From Candidatus Sulfomarinibacteraceae bacterium (GTDB lineage Bacteria > Acidobacteriota > Thermoanaerobaculia > Thermoanaerobaculales > Sulfomarinibacteraceae): DNA of 64,000 bases. This document shows positions 31,105 through 40,966 of the stretch, in pieces (the first letter of the stretch is position 1; each line of letters begins with the position of its first letter). The notes beneath the pieces are model-generated. The model had not been told where the DNA came from, made no database searches, and worked only from the letters and a program-made list of their open reading frames with translations. The DNA is taken from the NCBI GenBank assembly GCA_963796455.1, contig CAWCLO010000001.1:1184001-1248000 (forward strand). Reading direction: 5' to 3'. The position numbers and the translations under genes are program-made.

Positions 31105-32238
31105 GTGGCCACGTTCTGGTTGGCGGCCTGCGTCCCGGGCGCGATTCTCTGGCTGATCATCCTGCTGTTGCCGTGGCGGCCGTGGTCGACCCGTGAAAGA
31201 CTCGAAGGGTCGGAGAACGCTCCCGCTCCCGAGACGGCTCATCTCACGATCCTGATCCCCGCCCGCAACGAGAGTGGTCAAATCAGCCGGACCCTGGCGG
31301 CCATCCGAGCCCAGACCCCGGATGTGCGCGTCATTCTGGTGGACGACCGTTCTTCGGACGGTACTGTCGACGCTGCCCGAACAGCGGGGCTGGCCAATCT
31401 GCGTATCGTCGCGGGTCAGCCGATCGAGTCAGGCTGGACCGGCAAGCTGTGGGCGCTCGACCAGGGACTGGCCCTGGTGGAAACCGAGCTCACCCTGTTG
31501 CTCGACGCCGATATCGAGCTCGGCCCGGGGATCATTGCCGCCCTCCTCGAACACCATCGGGAGAAGAAACTGAAAATGGTGTCGCTGATGGCAACTCTCG
31601 AGACAGGCGGATTCTGGGAGAAGCTCCTGCTGCCGGCCTTTGTCTATTTCTTCAAACTGCTCTACCCCTTTCACCTCTCCAATTCTTCATTCCGATGGGT
31701 CGCTGCCGGGGCCGGCGGGTGCGTGCTCGTCGAGACCGCGGTCCTGCGCGAGATCGGGGCCTTTGCCTGTATCAAGGATGAGCTGATCGACGATTGCGCG
31801 CTGGCGGCAAACGTCAAGAATGCGGGACACAAGATCTGGATCGGGCTCAGCCACTCGGTGACCAGCCACCGCCACTACCGCGGCCTGCACACGATCTGGA
31901 ACATGGTGGCGCGCACCGCCTTCACCCAGCTCCACTACTCGACACTCCTTCTGATCATTTGCGTGCTCATTTTGTCGTGGGCGTTCTGGCTGCCCATTGC
32001 AGGTCTGCTGGCGGGAGATCCCATCGCACGGGTTGCATCATCCACCGCCCTGGGCGCGATGATCCTCACCTATCTGCCGACTCTCCGCTTCTACCGCCTG
32101 TCCGCGTTCCGAGCGCTGCTGCTGCCGGTCATCGGCACTCTCTACCTGGCCATGACCATCGATTCAGCCTGGCGCTACTGGCGCGGCCAGCGCTCCGCCT
32201 GGCGCGGCCGGGTGTACCAATCGCCCGGGCGGCGATAA
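31105..32238 (+). CDS. hpnB: Hopanoid-associated GT2 glycosyltransferase, HpnB-like
   Basis: IPARNE, VDDRSSDGT, GWTGKLWA, DADI, LIDDCALA, WNMVARTAFTQL. Confidence 0.8.
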   Translation: MATFWLAACVPGAILWLIILLLPWRPWSTRERLEGSENAPAPETAHLTILIPARNESGQISRTLAAIRAQTPDVRVILVDDRSSDGTVDAARTAGLANLRIVAGQPIESGWTGKLWALDQGLALVETELTLLLDADIELGPGIIAALLEHHREKKLKMVSLMATLETGGFWEKLLLPAFVYFFKLLYPFHLSNSSFRWVAAGAGGCVLVETAVLREIGAFACIKDELIDDCALAANVKNAGHKIWIGLSHSVTSHRHYRGLHTIWNMVARTAFTQLHYSTLLLIICVLILSWAFWLPIAGLLAGDPIARVASSTALGAMILTYLPTLRFYRLSAFRALLLPVIGTLYLAMTIDSAWRYWRGQRSAWRGRVYQSPGRR

Positions 32239-32298
32239 ACCCCGCCCCTACACACGAGGAGAAGACTCTTTGGGGGAGGTGTTCATCCCCTCCCGGAA

Positions 32299-33096
32299 TC
32301 AATCGTCGAGGAGGGTGTTTTTCTTGACCTGGCCGCGGGTGAAGGAGGGCGCGATGGCCTGTGCGATATAGCCCGAGGCGATCCAGCGCGGATAGGTGAT
32401 CTCGCGTTTGCCGCGTGCCAAAGCACCCAAAATGGCATCGACCAGGCCTTCGGGTTCGGCCATCTGTCGCCGCGCCACCGCCGGGAGTCGCGCCAAAGCC
32501 TCGTCGTCGAAGAAGGGCGTCCGGATAGCACCCGGACAAACGGTGAGCACATGCACCCCGGCGTCCTCGACCTCCAACGATAGCGACGAAGCGAGACCGA
32601 CCATGGCGTGTTTCGATGCGGCATAGGCGGTCTCGTCGGCGGGCGCGATCCGTCCCGCCACCGATGAGATGAAAACCAGCCATCCTCGCCCGGCCTCGAC
32701 CATCGCCGGCAGGAGCGCCTTGGTGAAGTACAGGGTTCCGAAGTAATTGACCCGCATCATGCGTTCCATGTCTTCAAGGTCCCATTCGAGGAAACGGCGG
32801 TGGTGACCATAACCCGCGTTGTTGACGAGTACGTCGATCGAACCCAACTCGGCTTCCGCCCGCTCTGCGGTTGCCAGCGCCTGTTCCCGATTGCTCACGT
32901 CGCAGACCAGGGCCCGCGCCTCGCCCCCACCCGCGCGAATCTCTGCCGCCAGGCCTTCAAGTTCATCCTCGCGCCGTGCAACCAGCGCCAACCGGGCCCC
33001 CATCGCGGCCATTCGAAGGGCCAACAGACGTCCGATCCCGCTCGAAGCTCCGGTCACGAGAACGCTCCGACCTTTGAAATCCTTCAAGCGAGCCAT
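32299..33096 (-). CDS. Short-chain dehydrogenase/reductase
   Basis: TGASSGIG, NNAG, YAASK; start MARLKDF after GAGGGAGG. Confidence 0.9.
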   Translation of the reverse strand: MARLKDFKGRSVLVTGASSGIGRLLALRMAAMGARLALVARREDELEGLAAEIRAGGGEARALVCDVSNREQALATAERAEAELGSIDVLVNNAGYGHHRRFLEWDLEDMERMMRVNYFGTLYFTKALLPAMVEAGRGWLVFISSVAGRIAPADETAYAASKHAMVGLASSLSLEVEDAGVHVLTVCPGAIRTPFFDDEALARLPAVARRQMAEPEGLVDAILGALARGKREITYPRWIASGYIAQAIAPSFTRGQVKKNTLLDD

Positions 33097-33106
33097 CGAT
33101 CCTCCC

Positions 33107-34822
33107 TCAATCCTGCACGGCGAGCGGTACGAGCTCGAAGCGCTCCACATCCACCAGCCCTTGATCTGTGAGTTTGAGCGACGGGATAACCTCGAGGGCG
33201 ACAAAGGAGAGCGCCATCAGCGGGTCCATGTGGGTGCACCCGCAGCCGTGTGCAGCGGCGGTCAGCCCGTCGAGCTCGAGTCGCACCTCGTCCAGCGAGC
33301 GGTCGGAGATGAGCCCAGCATAGGGCAAAGCCAGGGCCGCCAGGATTTCATGATTTCGCGCAACCACTGCTCCTCCGCCGAGCCGTACGATCTCTTTGAT
33401 CGCCGTATGCATGGACTGGTCGTCGCCACCGGCAACAATCAGATTGTGGTGATCGTGAGCCACCGTACAGGCCATGGCTCCCTCCAGGGGACCGAATCCG
33501 CGCAGGAATCCGAGACCCACGTTGCCGGTGCCCCGGTGGCGTTCGATCACCACCAGCTTGGCGAGACCGTCCTCGGGGTCGGCCAGCAACACTCCGTCGC
33601 GGGATGGAGGCTTCTCGATCAACTGCCTGGTCACAATCTGGCCGGGAACGAGGCCGATGACCCGGACCGATGAGCCCGAGTCTTCGATGGCAAGATCAAC
33701 CTCATCGGGATCCACGTTCACGGCGCCCATCACAGCGGCCGAGTCCACTCGGGCCTCGGGCCAGGAGCCGACCGGACGGCCTTTCTCGGCCACCAGGTCC
33801 CCGGCCACGAAGACCATCTCAGCGCGGAAGTTTTCGAAACCAGAGCACACGGCCAAATCCGCCCGGCGGCCGGGAGCGATCGCTCCGCGGTCGTCGAGAC
33901 CGTAGGCGTCGGCGATGTTGAGGGTCGCCATCTGGACCGCGATCATCGGGTCGAGACCGCTGCTGATCGCCAGCCGGAGAAGATGATCGATATGGCCGTC
34001 GTCGAGGAGATCATGGGGGTGGCGGTCGTCAGTACAGAATCCACATCGCCTGCTGTTTGCCGGTGTAACGACCGGCAGCAGATCCAGCAGATTGCGAGCG
34101 CCGGTTCCTTCGCGCAGCCACACCCGCATCCCGAGCCGCAATTTCTCCCTCGCCTCGTCCGGGCTCAGGGTCTCGTGGTCGGTGCCAACTCCCGCCGCCG
34201 CGTAGGCCTGTAACCAATCCCCCGCCAGACCCGGACCATGGCCGTCCACCGGGCGGCCGGCAAAGGTCTCGATCTTGGCGTGAACCGCGGCGTCACCGAG
34301 CACGACCCCGGGAACATTCATCACCTCGGCAAGACCGATGATTCTCGGGTGTTTCGCCAGCAGCGCCAGATCGGCGGCGTCGAGTTCGGCCCCCGCGGTT
34401 GCCAGGTGGGTCGCCGGCACACACGAAGGCGCCATCACCAGTACCTGCAGCGGCAGGCCCTCGGAAGCATCGAGCAACCAATTGACCCCTGCCATCCCGG
34501 CCACATTTGCAACCTCATGGGGGTCGGTTACCACGGTTGTCGTCCCTCTCGGTACCACCGCCCGGGCAAACTCGGAGGGAGTCACCATCGAGCTTTCAAG
34601 ATGAACATGGGCGTCGATCAGACCCGGCAGCAGGATCCGTCCGGCCAGATCGATCACATTCTCCGCATCTCGATTCGGACCGACCGAAGCGATCACTCCA
34701 TCGACCACGGCGACCTCGGCTTCGATAATGGTTCCGGTAAAGACGTCCACTACGCGCCCACCGCTGAACAGCAGATCCGCAGCCGCATCCCCCCGGGCAA
34801 CTGCTAACAATCTTGGATTCAC
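33107..34822 (-). CDS. ade: Adenine deaminase
   Basis: PGLIDAHVHLESS, DPHEVANV, GLAEVMN, DGHGP, TDHE, CTDDRHP, VAHDHHN; GTG start at 34822. Confidence 0.92.
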   Translation of the reverse strand: MNPRLLAVARGDAAADLLFSGGRVVDVFTGTIIEAEVAVVDGVIASVGPNRDAENVIDLAGRILLPGLIDAHVHLESSMVTPSEFARAVVPRGTTTVVTDPHEVANVAGMAGVNWLLDASEGLPLQVLVMAPSCVPATHLATAGAELDAADLALLAKHPRIIGLAEVMNVPGVVLGDAAVHAKIETFAGRPVDGHGPGLAGDWLQAYAAAGVGTDHETLSPDEAREKLRLGMRVWLREGTGARNLLDLLPVVTPANSRRCGFCTDDRHPHDLLDDGHIDHLLRLAISSGLDPMIAVQMATLNIADAYGLDDRGAIAPGRRADLAVCSGFENFRAEMVFVAGDLVAEKGRPVGSWPEARVDSAAVMGAVNVDPDEVDLAIEDSGSSVRVIGLVPGQIVTRQLIEKPPSRDGVLLADPEDGLAKLVVIERHRGTGNVGLGFLRGFGPLEGAMACTVAHDHHNLIVAGGDDQSMHTAIKEIVRLGGGAVVARNHEILAALALPYAGLISDRSLDEVRLELDGLTAAAHGCGCTHMDPLMALSFVALEVIPSLKLTDQGLVDVERFELVPLAVQD

Positions 34823-34823
34823 C

Positions 34824-36332
34824 TTAAAATCCCCATCCGGCGCCGCCGGTGACCATCCACCGTCCGCCATCGCCGTTATCGACACGGTACAACAGGCCGA
34901 GCCCGATATTTGCCTGCGCCACCGGCACGCCGAGTTCGAGGCCGGCGTATGTTCGGCCTCCCTCGACCCAACCGAGGTCGCCCCAGGTCCGGAGCACCGT
35001 CACTTTGTAGGCGGTGCCGATAAATCCAGCTTTCAGAAACGACCCGCTCTGGTTGGTCTTTCCCGTGACCCTTGCCCAACCGAGGCTCATTTTCACGCCT
35101 CCGAGGCCCGGTTCCAGAGCGGCGATGAAGCCGCGAAAATCACAGGGGGTTCGACAGTCGAAAGTTTTCGGTTGCGAGGTGGCCATGACGGCGAGAGTTG
35201 CCGACGCCACCTGGGGATAGGTCAGATGCAACCCGACCAGACCGAGGCCGAAACGACGCCGATCCGCCTCCTCGGCGTCGATATCGTCCTTGATAGTGGC
35301 CGGATCGACCTTCGGATTGTGGTTTTCCACGATCTCGACCGGGCCAGGAGCAGGATCGAGCGATGGATCTCGCTCGGTGCACACTGCTTCGATACCGAAT
35401 TGGGCCGGATCCGGGAGCTTGCCCTCGGCCACCCTCTCGGCCACCAGGTCGCCGACCAGCGATCCTTTGTCCATTTCGCGATAACGCCGCCGCATGGCCA
35501 CAACCTGCGGATCGTCGAGCCGATCACAATAGGATTCGAGCACCGGTTTGACCTTGCGCCAGCGGCCCTTGGTGTAGATGGGCGGTTGGTAGGACTCGTC
35601 CCACCGTGGGGTGACATAGTTCCGCAGATCCACGGGCCGGGAGATGAACCAACCATCCTCTCCGAGTTTGAGGATGGGGTCCTCCACATCGCAGAGATCG
35701 AAATACAGCTGCATCCCGGAGTAGTTCGCTTCGAGGTCGCCTATGGCAGTGACTCCGGAAGCCAGTTTGCCGAGGATCAGGCTCTCCTCGGTGATCCCAC
35801 GGTTTGCCGCACGCCGTTTCGCCTCTTCGGGGGTCTGACCTTTTTTGATGCCCCGGTAATACTCCTTGTAGTAGGTCCACCCCGACGACACGAGGTGCGC
35901 CAACTTGTCGGTACCAAAACGGACACCGGCAACCTCGAGAGTCGGTGTGTAGGGCATCCAGGTCCCGGTATCAATCGTTGGGTGATTCGAATAGAGGTTG
36001 GTCCTCCGGTACTCCTGTTGGGCAGCGGCCCCCATCGGGATCCTGTCCACATATTCGGTGTTCCACGCCCACACCTGAATCTCGTGCAGCAGCAGAAAGC
36101 GCATCCGTTTGCGGTAGGCGATCGAGATCTTGCGGCAACTCTCAGGCGGGCGGGAGGCGGGAAAAGAGGCGATGGCGCGCTCGAGCTCGAGATTGAATCT
36201 GGCGTTGACCGCGTCGGTCGAATCCGCCAGCGGCAAACCCCAGGCATAGTATTGATCGGTCTCCAATGAGTGCGCCTCACCCGTCACCAGCACCAAAAGC
36301 AAGACAAACGAAATTGCACAACGATGCCTCAT
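34824..36332 (-). CDS. Secreted hypothetical protein with a beta-strand-rich C-terminus ending in Phe
   Basis: Signal-peptide-like N-terminus; ATGA coupling to hpnG; stop 1 nt before the ade start. Confidence 0.7.
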   Translation of the reverse strand: MRHRCAISFVLLLVLVTGEAHSLETDQYYAWGLPLADSTDAVNARFNLELERAIASFPASRPPESCRKISIAYRKRMRFLLLHEIQVWAWNTEYVDRIPMGAAAQQEYRRTNLYSNHPTIDTGTWMPYTPTLEVAGVRFGTDKLAHLVSSGWTYYKEYYRGIKKGQTPEEAKRRAANRGITEESLILGKLASGVTAIGDLEANYSGMQLYFDLCDVEDPILKLGEDGWFISRPVDLRNYVTPRWDESYQPPIYTKGRWRKVKPVLESYCDRLDDPQVVAMRRRYREMDKGSLVGDLVAERVAEGKLPDPAQFGIEAVCTERDPSLDPAPGPVEIVENHNPKVDPATIKDDIDAEEADRRRFGLGLVGLHLTYPQVASATLAVMATSQPKTFDCRTPCDFRGFIAALEPGLGGVKMSLGWARVTGKTNQSGSFLKAGFIGTAYKVTVLRTWGDLGWVEGGRTYAGLELGVPVAQANIGLGLLYRVDNGDGGRWMVTGGAGWGF

Positions 36333-37015
36333 GCCCGAGACTCCGTGCACGCCAGATCGGGACCCGCAATCGACCACACCGTGCGCATGCTTTTTGCCGC
36401 GGCACTATTGGCCCGCCCGAGTCGCAGCATGCCGCCCCACTCGCCGGGCTGAAAAATCAGCCGAAGGACAGCACTCTTCTTCAAACGACCTTCCTCATCA
36501 CACATCGTCAACGCCACATCCGGCAGCCGGACACCGGCCGCATCGACCACAACCCGAACAACAATGATGGGAACACCGGCATCGTTTGCAATTCCCGCAA
36601 CCGCGGCGCTCTCCATATCCACCGCTCCTGCTCCGGTCTGCCGGTGCAAGATCTTTTTTTCGTCAGGCTCCGTCACCGGCTTCGCCGCGTGGACCAGCGG
36701 CGCGGTCGAAGTCGGCACGCGATCCCGGATCCGCGCCAACAGTCGGTCGCGCCACGCCACATCGACTCGTGAGCCCGGCCCGTCGTTGTAAACGAGGACC
36801 TCGGGCAGGACGACGGTCCCCGGCTCCAGATGAGGGTCGAGACCACCGGCAACACCCCAGCTGACCAGCGATGTCGCACCGTGCTGCAACAATCTCCGAG
36901 CCGCTGCCCGGGCACGTTCCTCCCCCGCCCCGCTCACCTCGACCAGGCAATCGGCAGGGTTGATCCATCCACTCTCCATTTCGAGAGCTGCGACGATCCC
37001 GAGCTCCGGCGTCAC
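36329..37015 (-). CDS. hpnG: Hopanoid-associated nucleosidase/phosphorylase HpnG
   Basis: LVSWGVAGGLDP, AVDMESAAVA, VRVVVD; GTGA overlap with shc. Confidence 0.82.
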   Translation of the reverse strand: MTPELGIVAALEMESGWINPADCLVEVSGAGEERARAAARRLLQHGATSLVSWGVAGGLDPHLEPGTVVLPEVLVYNDGPGSRVDVAWRDRLLARIRDRVPTSTAPLVHAAKPVTEPDEKKILHRQTGAGAVDMESAAVAGIANDAGVPIIVVRVVVDAAGVRLPDVALTMCDEEGRLKKSAVLRLIFQPGEWGGMLRLGRANSAAAKSMRTVWSIAGPDLACTESRA

Positions 37016-38964
37016 TGTGGAATCACGAGATTTCGGTATCGCGCCAGCGCCCACAGGGGAAAGAACTGCGAATAACCGTGGTAGCGGAGATAAAAGACGC
37101 GAGGGAAACCCGGCGCCGTATATTCGGGATCCGACCAACCGCCGGACGCTTCCTGTTGTGCCAAGAGAAAGTCCACCCCCCGCAGCACGTGCTCGCACTC
37201 ACCCTCCCCAGCCGCCATCAACCCAAGCAGCGCCCACGCCGTCTGGAAGGCGGTGCTGCGGTCGCCGGAGTTGCTCCGAGCGGCATCGAGGTAGCTGTCG
37301 TTGGTTTCGCCCCAGCCGCCGTCGGTGTGCTGCACTGATTTGAGCCACGCCGCGGCCCGCTGGACCATATCGCTCACTTCGGCTCCAGAAACGTGTTCCA
37401 GGGCCAACAGTACCGACCACGTACCGTAGATGTAGTTGGTGCCCCACCGCCCGAACCACGAGCCGTCAGCCTCCTGCTCGGTTTTCAAGTAACTGACCAC
37501 ACGTCCGAGGCTGTCGCCGTCCCCGGTCCGCTCCAATTGCGCAAACAGAGCGAGGCAACGGGCACTGACATCGCTGGTGGGCGGATCGAGCAACGCCCCG
37601 TGATCGGCAAACGGTATTTCATTCAAAGTGTAATGGGTGTTGTCCGAGTCAAATGCCGCAAAGCCGCCGTTGCGGGACTGCATCCCTCGCAGCCAGTCGG
37701 CCGCCCGCCGGATGGGCTCATCATATTTCGCCCGGTCGACGACCCGGTGCATGGCCCACGCCACCACCGCGGTGTCATCGAGGTCGGGATAGTAGGCATT
37801 TTCGTATTGAAATGCCCAACCACCACCGGCGAGGTGAGGGTGGTTGACGCGCCAGTCGCCCGGTTCGTCCGCGAGTTGGAGCGGCGCCAACCACTCGAGA
37901 GCCCTGGACAGTTCTTCCCGGTTTTTTTCAGCCCCGTCCTCGATGAGGGCGAGACTCGCAAGACCGGTGTCCCAGACCGGCGACACGCACGGCTGGCAGT
38001 AAGCCGTTTCGTCGTCTACCACCAAAAGATCGTCGATCGCCTTTCGCGCCTGCAGCATCAGCGGCTCACCCGGGTCGTGACCGAGCAGACCAAAGGCCAT
38101 ATATGCGTTGATCATGGCCGGAAAGATGGCGCCCAGCCCGCCTTCGTTGCACCTCGGAGTGAACCAATCTTCCGCCTTCCGGAGAGCCCTCTTCCGGATC
38201 CAACCGGGAATCAGCGGTTCCAGCGGGCGCACCGTTCGCTCCACCATCAGGATCAAGCGGTTGAGGAGCGACCGTACCGGGAAATAATCCCGCTCTTTCC
38301 AGGGGTCCCTGGTGAAAAGCTCCCGAACACCTGCACCACCGGGGTTGGCAGCCCGTGCTTTGTAGGCGTAAATCACGAAGAGGGGCACCATGACGGTACG
38401 AGACCAGTAGGAGACTTTGTCCAAGTGGAAAAAGAACCACCGCGGCAGGAGCATGATCTCGGGCGGGATGAATGGCACCGCCCGCCACGGCACCTGACCG
38501 AATACTGCCAGTGCAATGCGGGTGAAGACGTTGGCGCGGGCCGCCCCTCCCCGGGCAAAAAGCGATTCCCGCGCCCTTTTCATATGCGGGGCTTCAGGAT
38601 CGTCACCGATCATCTTGAGGGCGTAATAGGCCTTGACCGTGCAACTGATGTCGAGATCACCACCAAGATACAAGGGCCACCCGCCGTGCTCCGCCTGGCG
38701 GGCACGCAGATAGTTGCCGATCTTCGACTCCAGCTCGGGCTGAGTCTCGCCGAGGTAACGCAAAAAGAAGACATACTCCGCCGGGATCGTGCAGTCGGCC
38801 TCGAGCTCGTAGCACCAGTGTCCGTCGGGATGCTGGTCTGCAAGGAGGGCCTGGCGGGCGCGGGCGACCGCGTCTGTCAAGCGCTGAAAACCGGCCTCGG
38901 TCGGTCGCGTGCCCCGATCCTCGGCATGCGGTCTGTGATCATTCAACAAAAGCTCTGATTCCAT
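37012..38964 (-). CDS. shc: Squalene-hopene cyclase
   Basis: ELEADCTIPAEY, QPCVSPVWDT, YPDLDDTA (DxDD), QW repeats, GSWFGRWG.NYIYGT, APGFPRVFYLRY. Confidence 0.96.
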   Translation of the reverse strand: MESELLLNDHRPHAEDRGTRPTEAGFQRLTDAVARARQALLADQHPDGHWCYELEADCTIPAEYVFFLRYLGETQPELESKIGNYLRARQAEHGGWPLYLGGDLDISCTVKAYYALKMIGDDPEAPHMKRARESLFARGGAARANVFTRIALAVFGQVPWRAVPFIPPEIMLLPRWFFFHLDKVSYWSRTVMVPLFVIYAYKARAANPGGAGVRELFTRDPWKERDYFPVRSLLNRLILMVERTVRPLEPLIPGWIRKRALRKAEDWFTPRCNEGGLGAIFPAMINAYMAFGLLGHDPGEPLMLQARKAIDDLLVVDDETAYCQPCVSPVWDTGLASLALIEDGAEKNREELSRALEWLAPLQLADEPGDWRVNHPHLAGGGWAFQYENAYYPDLDDTAVVAWAMHRVVDRAKYDEPIRRAADWLRGMQSRNGGFAAFDSDNTHYTLNEIPFADHGALLDPPTSDVSARCLALFAQLERTGDGDSLGRVVSYLKTEQEADGSWFGRWGTNYIYGTWSVLLALEHVSGAEVSDMVQRAAAWLKSVQHTDGGWGETNDSYLDAARSNSGDRSTAFQTAWALLGLMAAGEGECEHVLRGVDFLLAQQEASGGWSDPEYTAPGFPRVFYLRYHGYSQFFPLWALARYRNLVIPQ

Positions 38965-39085
38965 GCACAGGATTCTATACTTTCCAGGTCTTCCGGCCTC
39001 CCTCGTTACGAGTGAAAAACAAGGGATGCGGGACGCAGGTCCAGATTCAATCGAGTACGATAATCCAACATTGAATGGAGGACGA

Positions 39086-40966
39086 ATGGCAGACACGTCA
39101 AACTGGTCACTATTGAAAGAGGCACTTGGCGACTTTCGGAGAACCTGGCCGCAGCTGGTTCTCACCGATCTTCTCGCGAAAATCCTTGCCGTCGTGATCA
39201 TCGCGCCCGCTCTCGGTCTCCTGGTCAAGCTGTTCCTTTGGCGAACGTCAACCGGCGTTGTTACCGATGAGGCTATCGTTTCGTTTCTGCTCCAGCCATT
39301 CGGCATGGCGGCTCTGGTAGTGATAGCGGCTGTTTCACTTGGCGTGCTCTTTGCCGAAACGGGCCAGCTCATGGTCATCGGATTCGCCGCCGTGGAAGAT
39401 CGGAGCGTGACCTGGCTGGACTCCCTCAGATACACCTATCAGCGAGTGGCGGCGCTCATCCGCCTCGCGGGTGCCGGCACTGTTCGCCTCCTGCTGATCT
39501 CGGTGCCCTTTCTGGCGGCAGGCGGTGGAATCTTCTGGTTGCTGATCCGCGCCCACGACATCAACTACTACCTTGCACGGAAACCACCGGAGTTCATGGT
39601 CGCAGCCGTTGCCGTTGCGCTCCTGTTGACTGTTCTCGCCTTGATCATCACCTCGAAGATCGCCTCCTGGTTACTGGCATTGCCCATGGTGCTGTTCGAG
39701 CAAATGGGTGGAAAACAGGCCCTCCAAACCAGCGATGCGACCACCCGCCCACAGCGCAGGAAACTGACGCTGTGGCTCCTCGGATGGCTGGCCCTCACTT
39801 TTTTGCTATCCGCCGCAGTGACCTCGTTTGTGGGGTGGTTGGGAGGATTTGCGGTCTCCCAAGGTGTCTCGAATCTTGCTGTTCTCCTGATCGGCCTGAG
39901 TTTCGTGATCATCGTCGCCGGCGTCGCCAATCTCGCAGTTTCGGTCTTCACCACCGTCCTCTTCCCCCTTCTCGTGGTTCGCATCTATCGATCCATGGCG
40001 GGTCCCGGTGAGCTAAAGCCCGAGATCGGTGCACCGGGCTCGTTGACTGACCGCGCATCGTTCAGGGTTCCCGGCAAAATCGTGCTCGCCGGAGGGATCG
40101 TGGCGGCAGTTCTGGCCGTCGTCGGATTCACAATGGCGGTTGACGATCCCGATTGGGAGGACCCGACACAGATCATTGCCCACCGCGGCGGCGCCGCGGT
40201 GGCACCCGAAAACACCATGGCGGCCTTCGAGCGCGGCATCGCCGACGGCGCCGACTGGATCGAGCTCGATGTCCAGGAAAACGCCGATGGCACGGTGATT
40301 GTCGAGCACGATCGAGACTTCATGCGTGCGGCTGGGGCCAAACTCGAGGTATGGCAATCAACGGATGCCGATCTCGCCAATCTCGATATCGGCAGTTCCT
40401 TCGCGCCCGAGTTCTCCGATCAGAGGGTGCCGACCCTGCGCGAAGTCCTCGAACTCGCCAAGGGTAGAGTCGGGGTCTTCATCGAGCTCAAATATTACGG
40501 GCACGACGTCAGGCTCGAAGAAAAGGTCGTCGAAATCGTCGAAGAGACCGGAATGGCGGACCACATCGTCATCATGTCCCTCGATTACGACGGCGTGCTC
40601 ACGACAGCGGCACTGCGTCCGGACTGGACCTACGGCCTCCTCAACGCCGTCGCCATCGGCGATCTCACCCGGCTCGAAGTGGATTTTCTCGCCCTCACCG
40701 CCAATAACACCGCGGTGCCGAAGATCCGGCGCGTTCACAAACGCGGTATGAAAACCTACCCATGGATTATCAACGACCCGGTCCAGATGTGGGTGATGAT
40801 GAGCCGGGGCGTGGACGGCATCATCACCGATCATGTCGCGCGGGCCAATTCCATCAAGGAGATTCGAGGTCAGGTCACCCCAGTCGGACGGATCATCATC
40901 TGGATTGCCGCCGAGATCGGTCTTCTGCAAGGCGTCGAGGCGACATCGGCCGAAGAAGACGCCTAA
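39086..40966 (+). CDS. Glycerophosphodiester phosphodiesterase with N-terminal membrane domain
   Basis: Multiple TM helices, then IIAHRGG..APENT, IELDVQ, IELK, GVDGIITD. Confidence 0.88.
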   Translation: MADTSNWSLLKEALGDFRRTWPQLVLTDLLAKILAVVIIAPALGLLVKLFLWRTSTGVVTDEAIVSFLLQPFGMAALVVIAAVSLGVLFAETGQLMVIGFAAVEDRSVTWLDSLRYTYQRVAALIRLAGAGTVRLLLISVPFLAAGGGIFWLLIRAHDINYYLARKPPEFMVAAVAVALLLTVLALIITSKIASWLLALPMVLFEQMGGKQALQTSDATTRPQRRKLTLWLLGWLALTFLLSAAVTSFVGWLGGFAVSQGVSNLAVLLIGLSFVIIVAGVANLAVSVFTTVLFPLLVVRIYRSMAGPGELKPEIGAPGSLTDRASFRVPGKIVLAGGIVAAVLAVVGFTMAVDDPDWEDPTQIIAHRGGAAVAPENTMAAFERGIADGADWIELDVQENADGTVIVEHDRDFMRAAGAKLEVWQSTDADLANLDIGSSFAPEFSDQRVPTLREVLELAKGRVGVFIELKYYGHDVRLEEKVVEIVEETGMADHIVIMSLDYDGVLTTAALRPDWTYGLLNAVAIGDLTRLEVDFLALTANNTAVPKIRRVHKRGMKTYPWIINDPVQMWVMMSRGVDGIITDHVARANSIKEIRGQVTPVGRIIIWIAAEIGLLQGVEATSAEEDA

